A stretch of 62,935 bases of DNA, counting the filler, from Kipferlia bialata (Eukaryota), in assembly GCA_003568945.1 (NCBI GenBank). It is 5 parts of 5 records of this genome, joined end to end, with 100 filler letters (N's around TTAATTAATTAA, not from the genome) between each part and the next. Parts side by side here need not be neighbours in the genome. Positions count along the whole stretch, not along the records: positions 16,343 to 32,579 come from BDIP01000622.1; positions 32,680 to 48,914 come from BDIP01000623.1; 3 more parts are not named here. The stretch is one strand, 5' to 3'. The translations under genes were made by a program, and so were the position numbers. Position 1 is the stretch's first letter; each line of letters starts with the position of its first letter. Shown piece after piece: positions 25,429-38,699 of this stretch. Under the pieces are notes generated by a model. That model worked only from the letters and a program-made list of their open reading frames with translations. It was not told the DNA's origin and made no database searches.

Positions 25429-28041
25429 ATGCCTGAGGCTTCGAGTGTTGAGGGAGATGAGGGTGGTGCTAAGCTCTTTGCCACCTACGACAAGAGCGAC
25501 GCACAGAGGCTCATCTCCCTGATAGATGATATTCGGAAGATGGTTGGGGGGGTGGAGTCCATCAGCCTCCCAGAGATCCTGTTCCTGGGGGACCAGTCGT
25601 CAGGTATAGATATATGATACCAACATGAGATATATAATGGACTCACACTAGTATAAAGTCGGCTCTCGATGTGACTCAGTTCTCATTTGTATATTGTATT
25701 CTCACCCTCACCCTCAGGGAAGTCCTCCTGTATTGAGGCTCTGTGTGGCGCCCCCCTGCCCCGAGGCAGTGGCATCTGCACCCGCGTCCCCATTGTGTTC
25801 TGTTTCAAGCGCAACACGTCCCTCGAGACCCCCCAGTGCCACGTGTCCTACTCCTGTCCAGAGAGAGACATCGAGGTGGTGAGGGAGGCAGTGGCCGTGG
25901 ACTCTCTTGGGGACCGCCTTCGCCAGGCTCAGGTGGAGATTGCAGGTCGTCGCAACGGAGTTGTGGACTGCCCCGTTACAGTGTCCCTGGAGTCTGCGGA
26001 TGTGCCGGATCTGACCATCATTGACCTGCCCGGCATTGCCAGGACGGCAGAGGAGGGCCAGCCCAAGGACATCCACGACCAGATTGTGGCCATGATTGAG
26101 AAGTATGCGAGGAAGGAGAGGACCATCATGGTGACCGTGTTTGCGGCAGTGAACGACCCTGCCACCTGCGAGGCCTTCAACATAGCAGAGGACCTGGACC
26201 CACAGGGGGAGAGGACCCTCGGACTCATCACAAAGGTATGCATATATATCGCCCCCCCCCCCCCACCACAATCCTACAGAATACCAGAGTATACCTGGAG
26301 CTCCCCTACCTACCTGTTTCTTCCCTGCTACCCTTCCTCTCTCCTCGCCTACCTACTCCCTCACCCCCATTGCGCCAGGTAGATACTGGTACAGAGACCT
26401 CCTCTCTCTCTCTCTCCCAATCTGTTTTCCCCTCTCCCTTTCTCCCTCTCTGCCTGCCCTCACCCCCAGTGCGACAGGTGGGTCAGGGACGAGATGGACC
26501 TGACCGCACAGCTCAGCAACAAGGGCGCCATCAAGCTGAAGCTGGGCTACATTGCAGTCAGAAACAGCACCCAGGTGTGTTCCTCTCCTTCTCTCACATA
26601 TGTATTTCTGGCATCCTATGATTAGAGTATCATAGTGTGTTTCATGTGTATTACTCCCTCTTACCCCAGGAGGAGCTAGATGCCGGCATCACCCCCGAGG
26701 AGGCAGCTGAGGTTGAGCAGGAGTTCTTCTCCCAGTCCATGTTTGACCCCTGCCGTGATGCAGGTGCCTCTCTGGGCAGGGCTGCGCTGGCAGAGACTGT
26801 TACCGCTGTGCTTGTGAACAGGATAGAGCGCACCCTCCCCGGTGTTGCTGCAGACCTCGAGGCCTCTCTCAAGGCCACCTCTGAGTCTCTGGCTGACTGG
26901 GACAGACGCACCCTGGGGGTGACTGAGTCAGGGAACGACCTCAGGGGGAACCTCAAGGGCCTCTGCGTCCAGCTAGTGGCTGCGTTGCAGGAGAGGCTTG
27001 TACGGCGCGCCCTTCCTGGTGTCACTGTCAACCTGGCCCCTAGGCTCAGGAGGCACTGTGACACTTTCTCAGAGGCAGTGCGCCATGTGTGTACCGAGAA
27101 GGGCTGCTTTGAGGGGTACCCTCTTCCCGAGAAGGGCGAAGGGGAGGAGGGTCTGTCATTCCTTGACCGGATAGGAAAGATCCTTGATGAGAACCGGGGT
27201 CTGTACCCTCCTGGCATCATCGACCCCATCATTCTCGATGTCATCACTGCTGAGACTTGTGGCAACATCCGCCCCCACTTCGATGCCTTCTGTGAGGCAG
27301 TTGACGCCGATGTGTCAGCTGTACTGGAGGAGGTGGTGATTGGTGTAGTTGGGGAGTCGCCAGTGCTCCAGTGGATACGCTACTCGGTGGGTGAGCTCTT
27401 CAAGGAGGTGTTTGCTGATGCAAGGGTGGCCGCCGAGAAGTGCATGCGTGCTGAGAGCCTCCTCCAGCTGACTGCCAACCACTACATGACGGAGACTGTG
27501 CATCAGAAGAGGGTGGACTTCCTGGTCAAGCAGTCTGGGTTAGAGTATATTGGTGGAGGTGCTATGTACAGGGATGGGATCATTCAGAGGTTGAGGGATG
27601 GCTTCTCTAAGCTCTCCACCACCGAGATGGAGAAGCACGAGGCGTCGTTCCTGGTCTCTGCCTACCTCAAGACCATTGGGAAGAAGCTTGGGGACTCCCT
27701 CTCCCAGATATACGTGTCTGATGCTGTTATCGACAGGGAGAAGACCACCGGTAGGCTTCTTGACTCCCTGCTAGCCAAGCTGGATGGGATGGACACTGAG
27801 GGACTGGAGGCCCTGCTGCGGCTGAGCAGAACAGACAGAGACACGATCAAGAGGCTGAGGGAGGCAAAGGTAAGAGGGGGGGGGGGGTGATGACTATATT
27901 TAGATACCCACGACATATACATATATATATAGGGAGAGAGAGTGGCTTATGTACAAACTACAGGTCAACCTGGGCCTTGCCCTCGACAGGGTGAGGGAGG
28001 TGCTGAAGGGGGGAGTGGCATCGCTCCCTCTGCAGAAGTAG
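25429..28041 (+). CDS. Dynamin-superfamily GTPase, Mx/plant DRP4-like, 691 aa, 5 exons
   Basis: Exons 25429-25603, 25718-26235, 26470-26574, 26670-27869 and 27964-28041 splice in frame. Motifs: G1 GDQSSGKS, LPRGSGICTRVP, G3 DLPGIARTAEEGQPKDI, G4 TKCD, LKLGYIAVRN, stalk TANHY and a GED-like C-terminus. No PH or proline-rich domain is apparent. Confidence 0.93.
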
Positions 28042-28423
28042 AGTGTGTGTGAGCGCAGTGTCGGCGGGTCGGCGGGTCGACATCCATATATTCTAGGATA
28101 TATGGAGTCTTCCAGTCCCCTCCGGTCTGTGTCTTGGGTGGAACGGATTCTGGCGTAGTGTTGTGGATACATCATGTGTGTCCAGTGCATGCACTAATAG
28201 ATAACCAATACTCTATATCAGATCAATGACGAAATCTATTGTGTTTGAGACATACGAAAGCTATCTCATGAAATCCATACGCTCCTCCTAATTGACTGCC
28301 TTGCACCATATCCCTGCTTGAACAGGTCAATGCCCGACTTGAGCATGTATGTGCTCTCAGGCAATGCCCCTTGGGCCATAATCTCACAAGACCTTCTCCC
28401 TGGGTCACTACTAAGTTACCATA

Positions 28424-28913
28424 CTACTTGAGCATGTATGTGCCGTCTGGGCTGTGGACCAGGGCAGTGGTGGGGTTGAGCATGCACCCTCTGGGGGGTG
28501 AGACAAAGGAGAGACAAAAGATATACATACTGTATATATACTACACACCTGACGTGTGAGAGGTGCAGTGCGTCCAGCACCCCCCACTCCCTGGTGTCGG
28601 TGTCATAGACCCTGCCCTTCTTGCCAATGACCAGGAGGTATCTGTAGATAAGAGAGAGAGAAAGGGAGAGAGACCTTCCAGTCTACTAGTTGATATATAC
28701 AATATGCCATCCATATCTCCCCCGTGCCTACTCACTGCAGATAATACTAAGGCGGAAACCAGTAGCAAATACATACATTATATATACTGTATACAACACA
28801 CCCACCTCCCCCCCATGCCTATCACGGCAGGTGTCTCTGCATCAAAGGGCAGGTCGGGGTGCTTCCTCCACGACCCAACAAGGCGGCCCTTGTTGCCCCT
28901 CTTGAGGCTAGGA

Positions 28914-28949
<36 letters not shown>

Positions 28950-31900
28950 TGAGCTTCAGAGACATGTTATCATAAATTTCTACCACATAATATACCCCAC
29001 CTGAAGAGTGTGTGGTAGTTGTTGTAGTTGCCTACCACGTGTGCGTTGTCACCTGAGAGTGAGACAGAGCGCAGATAGAGAGAGAGCCAAGCAAAGTAAG
29101 GAGAGAAAGCCACAACACTAGAAAGTGGGTACAATACACCATTGAGGGGACAGATAGAGAACAGAGAGGGAGAAGGAAAGAGACATAACTCAGCCGACAG
29201 AAATCACAATCAATGGGGATGAAGAGACAGAGATAGAGAGAGAGAGTACCTATGACGGCACATGTGGAGCAGGGCAGGGGGAAGGGTGCGGACAGGGTCT
29301 TGTCCCACTTCATGGCCACGGTGTCATAGACCCAGGTGTCCTGGGTATAAGGGGGTGGGGGCATGGGTTCGATTCCCAACACAGACACTAATTGAATAGA
29401 TACTGTACTATACATAAACTATTACTGCAAGGTACCTTGAGGGAGGTCTGCTCGGGGCGCTTGCCGTACTGGCCTCCTGAGGGTGAGAGGAGACGAGTCG
29501 ACGGAACTGAGGAATAGCGGGAGAGAAACAGAGAGAGGGAGAGAGAGAGAGAAAGAAAGAGAAAGAGTACCTGCGACTACTAGGTAGTGTCCGTTGATGC
29601 AGAATGCAGAGTGGCTGCGACGGGCAGAGGGCCAGAAGCCAGAGTCCTTGCGGACCTGACAGTGAGAGGGAGAGAGAGAAAGAGAGAGAGAATATATGAT
29701 ATGCAAGTCTACCTGGTTCCATCTGTCTGTCTGTACTGTGTACACCCACAGAGTGTTCACAACACGGTCACCAAGGGAGCCACCGAAGACATAGACCTAG
29801 GAAGTGAGAAGATGGCAATCTCTGAGAAAGACAGGTGACATACAAATAGAGATTCTAAGCATAGTGGTACCGTCAAACTCTACCTTGCCCTTGACGTATG
29901 TGGCACTCATGTTGGACACATGCTCCATGGTATCTGGGACTGAGACAGTCTTGTGGGTCAGGGCACCACTCTCAGGGTCAAGGCTGGCAATGACGCAGTA
30001 TGCCCCTAGGCCGACCTTTGCCAGCACCCTCTCTCTCTCTCTCTCTCCCATCCTCGCCCTCTCCTCTCTCTCGACCTCCTCTGTGGTGGCCCCCACCCTC
30101 TCGACCTCTCTCTGCCTCTCTCTCTCCCTCTCCTCCTCAGTGGAGCTGGGCCCTATCACAAACACCTTGCCCTCTCCTATGGGCGCCACAGCACACACGC
30201 CTTGCTTGATAGGCACATGCCCAATCTCTACCTTCTTGAACCCTAAGAGGTTGTAGTCGATGGCTGGGCCAGAGACCTCTCTCGCAGGGGAGGGGGAGAG
30301 AGAGAGAGACACGGACTCTGAGGGGGAGCTCTCCCGCTCAAAGTCTCCTTCCTCATTGGTAACCTTCTCTCTCTGCCTCTGCCTCTCTCTCTCCCTGCGG
30401 GGAAGAGAGGGAGAGCGGGAGAGAGAGGGAGACGCGGAGTAGGAGGGACTGCGGGGGCGCCTCTCACTCCTCTCCTCTCTCTCGCTGCTCTCCTCCTCAG
30501 GTGGGGGGGACATCAGGGGGGTGCGGGACCTGGAGGAGCGACGGTGAGAGGCCTCTCTCTCCCTGCTTCTCTCCCTGTAGTCTCGGGACTCCCTGCTGTG
30601 TCTCCTCTCTCTCTCCCTCTCCCTCTCCACCTCTCTCTCATAGCGGCCAGACCTGGCAGATGGGTAGTCGTCTCTCCCCCTGCTTCTCTCCCTAGAATCC
30701 CTGATGTAGCGGTCTCTCTCTCTCTCTCTCTCCCTCCTACCCGATATGTAGTTCCGGAGGCGGAAGAGGTTGCGATCTGTGGGCCTAGGCCTCTCTCTGT
30801 CGTACCCTCTCTCTCGGGGTGGGCTCTGTCTCTCCCTGACATACTCCCTCTCCCTGGGGGGACTCCTCCCCTCTCTCTCCCTCACATACTCTCTCTCAAT
30901 AGGGGGAGACCTTCGCTCCCCCCTCCAGTCATAGGGGGCAGGACGGGAACCACTGCCGCGGTAGCTGTCTCTGCTCCTCTCCCTCTCTCTCTCCCCACCT
31001 CTGCTTCTGCTCCGGTAAGAGTCTCTCTCCCTCTCTCTCTCTCCCTCGCGGCTCCTGCTGCGGTGAGAACTACTCTCTCTCTCCCTCCCCACCTCCCGGC
31101 TCCTGCTGCGGTGGCTACTCTCTCTCTCTCCCTCGCGGCTCCTGCTCCGGTGGCTGTCTCTGTCCCTCTCTCCTTCTCTCTCAGGACTGCGACTGCGACT
31201 TCTGCTTCTGCTTCTCTCTGTCGCTCTCTCCCTCTGGTTCCACTTGTCACCTGGGTGGTTGGCCTCTATGAACCTGGAGGCATCACTCTCCCTCTCCCCC
31301 TTCTCCGCCTCCTGCTGCTTCATCCTCTGCCTCTCGGCATAGGTGGGCTGCACATGCCTGGGGTCAGTACAATTGACATATATACATATATATTTACCAA
31401 GGTGGAAGTAAGTGAATTCTTGTGACATAGTCACTACATAGGCTATACATGTAGACTATAGTAACACGGATACAGTGGTAGACCCTCTCACCTGTTTGGA
31501 TTGGTAGGGGCCTCCTCTCTCTTCTCCTCCCTCTCACTGGGTCTCTCTCTCTCCCTCTCCCTCTCCCCCCTGTCCCTGTACCTGGGTCCCCCTCTCCCCC
31601 TCTGTCTGTTCCACTCTCTCTCCCTGTCTCTCTCTCTGGCCAGCCTCCCCCTCTCCCTGCCACTCAGTCTGTCCCACTCAGGGTCACCCGGCCAGGGGCG
31701 CCTATCTCTCTCTCTCTCCCTGTCTCTCTCTCTCCCTCTCTCCCTGTCTGTATCACCGTGTCTCTCCCTCAGTAGAGCTGCCTCCCTCTCTCTCTGCTCC
31801 ATATCTCTCTTCTGCCTCTCAGGGTCCCTGTGGTTAGACAGAGAACAGAGAGAGAGGGAGATGGGGAGATATATCTTATGGAGCTAGCCTGCGTACCTGA

Positions 31901-32458
31901 CTATGCGTGAGTATGGGCGTCTCTTTGAAGCAGGAGACTTAGTCCGGCCCTCCTCTCTCTCCTTCTCTCCATGTCTAGCGGAAGAGCCTCCTAGACGTGA
32001 GTGAAGAGAAATGTGAAGAATGCATATTATTATGTTCTACGGGAGGTATATGGAGAGTGCGTACCTGACTCAGTCACTCCTCCATCTCTCTCTCCCTCCT
32101 CTCTCTCTGGAGGTGGAGATCCTAGCACAGGGGAGAGACCACCATCCATACCCATCTCCCCTTCCTCCATCTCTCTCTCCATCTTCAGCAGCTTCTTCTT
32201 GAGCCGCATCCGCTGGCTCCGGGACAGACTGTCCTGGGGGTGAGACGTATGCATAGGATACTATGACCATACCTGAGGCAGGGGGTGGGGTGGTATGAGT
32301 AACATGGGTCCACCTGGGGATGTGCCTTCTAGAAGAGAGACAGAGGGATTGAAGTGATAATGAATACTATAACATTGCCGACAGGCGGTGGGGTGGGTAT
32401 ACCTGGGGCTGTGTCTTCTTGGCCTGCTGGGGTGGGGACTTCTTCTTGGGCTTGACCT
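28424..32458 (-). CDS. Kelch/beta-propeller protein with a long SR/RE-dipeptide-rich N-terminal region, 5' partial
   Basis: The long exon ~29870-31358 has RSRSRSRSP/ERER repeats. Downstream exons are Kelch-like: WPSARRSHSAFCINGHYLVVAGG, DTWVYDTVAMKW, YLLVIGKKGRVYDTDTREW. The probable end is ...DGTYMLK* at 28424. Confidence 0.75.
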
Positions 32459-32579
32459 GGAGATGGGTATAGAGATTTAGAGATAAGACTGAGAATGAGG
32501 ATAGGAAATCGACATTGCTGTTGTGGGGAGGGAGAGGGGTAGGGGGGGGGGGGGGGGGGAAAAAAAGGGGGCAATTTCC

Positions 32580-32679
32580 NNNNNNNNNNNNNNNNNNNNN
32601 NNNNNNNNNNNNNNNNNNNNNNNTTAATTAATTAANNNNNNNNNNNNNNNNNNNNNNNNNNNNNNNNNNNNNNNNNNNN
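32580..32679. other. Artificial scaffold linker
   Basis: N44-TTAATTAATTAA-N44. Confidence 0.97.
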
Positions 32680-32732
<53 letters not shown>

Positions 32733-32805
32733 AGCATCTACTCAAGATATATGGGCCTGTGGGGATACGCTACTGAGAGAGACTGGATATGCCGAGGGAC
32801 CATAC

Positions 32806-35015
32806 CTCGTTGAGGTGGGGGCCCTGCTTCTCAGAGGCCAGGGCAGCATCCACCATCTGGGGCACAAAGTACATGCCGGGCTCCACAGTTACGGCGTAGC
32901 CTGGGGTGGGCATTAGCAACAGATAACCTGACCGAAGCTACACTCACTTCTGGCCAGAGAATACATACACTCACCGACGTCGAGGGTGCGCCTCATCCTC
33001 ATGTTTCTGTATCCAGGGCGGGTCATGCGCTCCACACCGGCGGGGTATCCACCCACATCGTGAGTGTCACAGCTAGGGGTTAGGAGTCCGTCGGTGCAGA
33101 GAGTCAGGAGAGCCAGGAGAGATGGGTAATGATAGAGACAACGTTAATACACTGCTTCCGTACCCAATCAGGTGTCCGAGTCCGTGGGGCATGAAGACAG
33201 CGGGGATGTCAAGGTCCAGCTGCTCCTCAATGGAGCCGGTGTCCTTGCGCACAAGCCCGTGCTCACGGAGGCCCTAACGATGAGTGAAGCTCTAGTAAAA
33301 GAACAACGAGAGAAGTACACTATGCAACAGAGCATATCTACACATCAATACATATCCATCCACAGAGCGATGCCGACACAACTGAATCTCCATACCTCGA
33401 GCAGAATGCGGAGGGACAGGGCGTGAAGGTCCTCCCACTTGGTGCCGGGCTTGCACCCCTTGATGCACTCCTTGTTGGCCCTGAGGACGATGTTGTACAT
33501 GGCCTCCTGGTTGGGGGTGAACCTGGACCCACCGGGCATCACTCTGGTGTGGTCAGACACGTAGCCCTTAACAGACACGCCGGCGTCGATCAACAGGATC
33601 TTGCCGTCCTCAACCTGGGGTCAGCAAAGGATAACGGTGCGAAAGAGAGGAAACAAGGACATAACTATGTACCGTACCCATTCTGGACACATTGACACAC
33701 CATTCCCATTCTATCTGTATATATATGTACGTGGGCGGCAACCCTGCCCTTCACCAATACTGATCTGACCTTGGTGGCGCCCCCAAGGAAGTGGAGGGTG
33801 GAGGCGTGCTTGCCAACGGCAGAGATGGTCTCGAAGGAGGTCCAGTAGGACTCGTGGTTCCTGGCAGCGGTGTGCATAAGGCCATCGGCAACATACTCCT
33901 GAGTGTCAGGCCCTCATTGACAGAAAGAGAATCAAACGACAAACAACAAAATGGATCAAAGGAATGTCGGTGGATGGTGTACCTGAGTGCCTGGGAGCAT
34001 CTTGTGCATGCACGCCGTGTGCCCCTCAGCACCAGCCACACAGGCAGCGTAGAGGGCTTCAACCTCTGGGGGAAGATGTGCGTAGAGGACAATGCATAAA
34101 CAGCGAAATATAACCCCCCCCCCCCCCTCCTCTGTAACTCTAAACAGAAATTAGAAATAGTACCTGCGTCGCTCTTAATGACCCTGCATTCGCTCATGTG
34201 GGCCCTGAGCACGTCAGAAGTGATGGGGCAGGAGACGTCGAGGTCCATCTTGACAAGGCAGTGCACGGCAGAGGGCTTGGCCTGGGCGAGGTACTCGGGG
34301 AGGGCCTCGGTGTAGAGGAGCTCCTCGGTCTCGGGGCAGTGAATCAGCTCAGCGGCGTACTCTGCCAGGGTAGGGGGAACACCTGCCAGTCAGAATTGGG
34401 GTTCACAACTCACATATTCTAGTAGCAACACAACAACATGTGCCCATAGTATGTGCCAGACAACGAGAGAGGTATTCACTCACCGATCCACACGGCAGTC
34501 TCATCGGAGACCTTGGGGATGAAGAGCTTGTACTGCTTGGTGGCAATGTCGAGGACAGCGATGGAGCCTGGGACAGTGCAGCCTTAGGGTGAATGGTGAT
34601 GTGCTTTGGATACTCTGTGTCACTCGACTGTATCCGAGGCTCTAAGAACAGCGAACCACTGGATTACGTAGTCATACCTGTAGCCCAGAAGAAGTAGGAC
34701 TCCTGCCTGAACTGCATGTCTCTGATGGTCAGAGGATCAATGACATGTCTATACAAGTATGACAAGGAAGTCTGATGCAGTCAAAACTCCTAGAAGAAGG
34801 CAATGGATATAATATGGTAATAACATAGGGCCCCACTCCCCACAAACCACATCATTATGAACCAAGGACGGGTATAGAAGGTCAAACACGTACCTATCAG
34901 TGTCATAGAGCTCAGTGTTGTCAGCACCGACGAGGTACACCAGTCCACTCACACCAGCGGCAGAGAGACGCTCAAAGAGCTTTGTCCTGTTGTAACTGTG
35001 ATCCTTGGCAAGCAT
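32806..35015 (-). CDS. PEPD: Xaa-Pro dipeptidase (prolidase, peptidase M24B), 3' truncated by the scaffold end
   Basis: Spliced motifs FRQESYFFWATG, CRVIKSDAE, LLIDAG...[48 protein letters not shown]. The metal ligands D, D, H and E are present. Confidence 0.93.
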
Positions 35016-35407
35016 TGTGTTGGTTGGCTGAAGGAGAGCGAGTTTGAGCATGGCATATTTTTCAAATTGAGGGTTAACACAGTGACACAGCCTGTGTGAC
35101 AAACACAATTCTTGTCAGTGACACAGTGAGAGAGTAACACTGCGTTAACATACATATAACACAATAAGAGGTCCGTCGTGCTGCACTCAATATAGTTACA
35201 TTATAGGATCTAGCACTACAGAGCGCCATATGCTTTTACGTTGCTTCAACCTCACCACTCGCCTTGACCACAGTTGGAAAATACATGCAGCATGAACAAA
35301 TATATGACAACCCGATATTATACTATCTATATATACATTAGCACAATCACAGTGCCTTTAAGTATATATATATAAATGAATTTAGCATTGTTAACGTCAA
35401 GCGACCA

Positions 35408-38400
35408 CTACAGGCCTGCGCAGCGAGCCAGATAGGTGTCTACATCTGGCAGTGCATACACCTCCATCCCTGCTACAAAGGTGTCGAGGGGACAGTAGAC
35501 AAGGCCACCGCAGAAGGGAGGGCGGAGGTCTGAGTCAATGAACCTGCTGTGAGAATACCTCACATGCATACAAAGGATGCACAAGATCACGTGTATACCT
35601 GCTCTTGACATAGTATGCCCCAGTCTGATCCGTCCACAGCTCAAAGGCTACAACGCTGGCATAGGGGGGCCATGTGTAGTCCCAGTCCTGATGTCAGAGC
35701 AACACACGAACCCATCCCATTGATCAACAGAACGAAGCGGAAGTCACTAGCCTATTGGGCATGTATTCTGAACATCTACCCTACACCCACCTGTAGCACA
35801 CCCATCAGGGGAGACACCGTGCTGTCATGGCCGCTGGGGGTGAGGACAATGGATACAGCATGTACACACAGCATTTGAAAGGAGCAGAGGGTACCTGTGC
35901 ATAGCAAATGTGAATGGAAGCTCTCCGTCTGCTGCTGCCAAAAGCATCTGAGTGATCTCATGCACAAACATCCCGATGTAGAGCTGCGGGTCAGAGCACT
36001 CAAGATATAACATACTGACACTGGTACTGATATTGAAGGAACATAATGAATGGGGCCGACGGGCAACCCATCAGGTACCATCCATCTTCATATGTATACA
36101 TATGCATACCTGGAGGTACTCTGTCTGTCTGTAGAACTGGGCATACATTTCAAAGTCGGCAGCATCTTCGGTGAGAACAGACTGCAAAACAGCATTCCAG
36201 TAAGAGAATGGTAGCAAGACAAGGACTGACACCCTCTCCGATTATGCATCAATGGACATGTACCTATCGATGTCTGGTATTCGTGCTCGGTGATGTATGT
36301 ATATTATGTACCNNNNNNNNNNNNNNNNNNNNNNNNNNNNNNNNNNNNNNNNNNNNNNNNNNNNNNNNNNNNNNNNNNATATATACATATATATATATGT
36401 GTATGTATACTATGTACCTATCGATGTCTGGTACTCGTGCTCGGTGATGCCAAAGGGAAGACCCATCGAGCTGGAGTTCCTAGGGTGAGAAGTGCAACTC
36501 CATCAAGCAATCAAACAATCAATCACAGAGACAGGGAAGGTGACACAGAACCAGCGTGTCACGCGTTCCCTCAATACTGATACTGATACCTAGCCATGAG
36601 GTTGTCGTAGATGGGGACCCAGTCCATGGACCCCCCAATCTTGCCACAGATGCTGTCCATCTCTGGTTGGATGGACGCCTGGTAGTCTGGGGGTGAGAGA
36701 GAGAGACGATTAACTATTAATCGTGAAGGTGGCAGACCAAGAAAGAGATATAATGTACACAGATGGGTGATGTCACATGAAGCCAACACATAAATACTTC
36801 CTTATTACTAATTGATACACTTCACATACCCTGATAAAACTGCTCCTGGGTGATATTGTCATAGATCTCGGCCATCCTGACGTGAATGAATTCAGTATCT
36901 GAAACGAGAGTCAAAAGGAAGATACAAACTGTTGGCATCTGTGGCACTGCATCGTCTGAGGCAATGCTGCACATCATAGCATACATATACAATCAAGTAT
37001 CGACACTATCATATCCCTGTGCTCACCTGGGGCATCTGGCTGTCTGGGGTATCATGTCATCGTAGGTGGAGTCACCTGGGATAAGGCCAGAGGCACAATA
37101 CAACAGTGAGGCAGTGCATACGGAAATCATCATCAGAAAACCGGTTGGCTGGCATTTATATGTAATCATACATATGTACACACTCATACAAATAGTACAC
37201 TCACATGAAGTATACAGATCTGAATACCTGTGTGTACATGTAATCTGTGCTGCCGGGCGGAGTCGGGATAGAGTCCATTCAGCTGGGCCATCAAGGACTC
37301 CTGGAGGTGAGGTACGTCGACACAGCAATTGCACGTGGACCCTGCAAATACAATACACATAGAGGTTGGTGACCCCAGGGTGTGAGTGTATAGCACCTTG
37401 GTCCTCTGGACATCTGTGGACCGCAGGTAGAGGAGGGACGGGTCCATGGAACTAGGGATCAGTCCCAGATCATCGATATACCTGCTCCTATAGAACTGAC
37501 CCAGCACCAGCTCCTGCACAGTAAGTGTCTGCGGGAATATACGAGAGTGCGGCTTCACCATCTATCTAACTCTCTATCTAACTATATATATATCTATCTG
37601 TCTGCGCCCCAGACGAATCAGACTGCGATATGAGCCTCCCCATACCTGATCCCTACCGACAGGCGTCAGCTCTCCCAGCATGCCTGGGATGAGGACAGAC
37701 AGACTGAGAAGTGCAGACTGAGAAGTACAACTCAACGTACAACAGAGAGTAGCCCACCAACATAGGATTCTGATATACGTATCTATACTCAGAAAAATAC
37801 CCTGTGCATCTATATATACATATCCTGATTCACAGGCATAATAGAGTACTATATACGGAGTTGCAAAGTACGCATATTATGAACTCACATGTGCCAGGCA
37901 GGGCATTGAGGCCATTGTCGTAGAAGAACTCCATGTAGAGAGGCTGTTGTATGGGGGCATCCCCGTCTGCATACATCATTAGGTACTGGGGTAAAGAGAG
38001 GGAAGGGAAAAGGAGACTGTCACCGTCACATAATCACCAAAGCATCCTACACACCTAGCAGCCATATCTATATATCATCATATATGCATACATATATATT
38101 TAGATATCCCCCCGCCACCGCCGCTTCTATAGGTATATCCATAATGTGTGTATATATATACATAACCAAGCACATCATCAGAAGCTGTCCACGAAAATAT
38201 CAGTACCACCCATGATCTCGTGACAAAGTGTGAAGTATCAGTATCAATCACAACCACTGAGAGACCCAGGGCCACAACTCACGTTGAGGTCGCAGTGCCA
38301 CTGGTCCGGCTCAGTGGGGAAGGGATGCAGGGTGGACCGGGCCCCATGCCTAGTCACCACTGGGGTGAGAGGCACAGATTGACACTATTCAATAGATAGT

Positions 38401-38645
38401 CCAGATTGGGAGAGCAGCAGCATAGACTCGCCAGAGTAAAATCAAGAGATGTATGTGGGATCAAGACCGGGAAGGGATCTGGGAAATGAAGGAGAAGTTC
38501 AGAACGAAAATAGGTGAAGAGACGGGGTATTGCACATGACGTCTCTCACACCTAGTGCAAACTCCGGAGTGTACTTCTGAGCCCACGATTCTGATCCCAT
38601 CACCCCCAGGAGAATGCATCCTAGGGCCCAGGTAGCAAGCCACAT
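35408..38645 (-). CDS. Secreted/lysosomal histidine acid phosphatase (branch 2)
   Basis: Signal peptide-like MWLATWALGCILLGVMG. Catalytic VTRHGARS (RHGxR, ~38335-38360), GELTPVGRDQ..VLG, YLRSTDVQRT, and GHDSTV (HD, ~35815-35833). Cys-containing C-terminus ...CPLDTF...RCAGL* at 35408. Confidence 0.9.
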
Positions 38646-38699
38646 CCAAGACACTAGTAGCCTTAAGGAAACCCATTGACTGAATCTACTTCAATGAAT

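Noticed and set aside
8080..28041. PARG plus Mx-like dynamin as a linked defence island
   Set aside because: They are separated by a scaffold linker, so there is no evidence of physical linkage.
29364..29378. TGGGTTCGATTCCCA, a tRNA T-arm-like hairpin
   Set aside because: It is isolated within an intron, with no acceptor, D or anticodon arms.
32680..32728. Long poly-G/poly-C runs at scaffold ends as telomeres or G-quadruplex elements
   Set aside because: Shorter G/C runs are common in introns here. Assemblies break at homopolymers and the lengths are unreliable.
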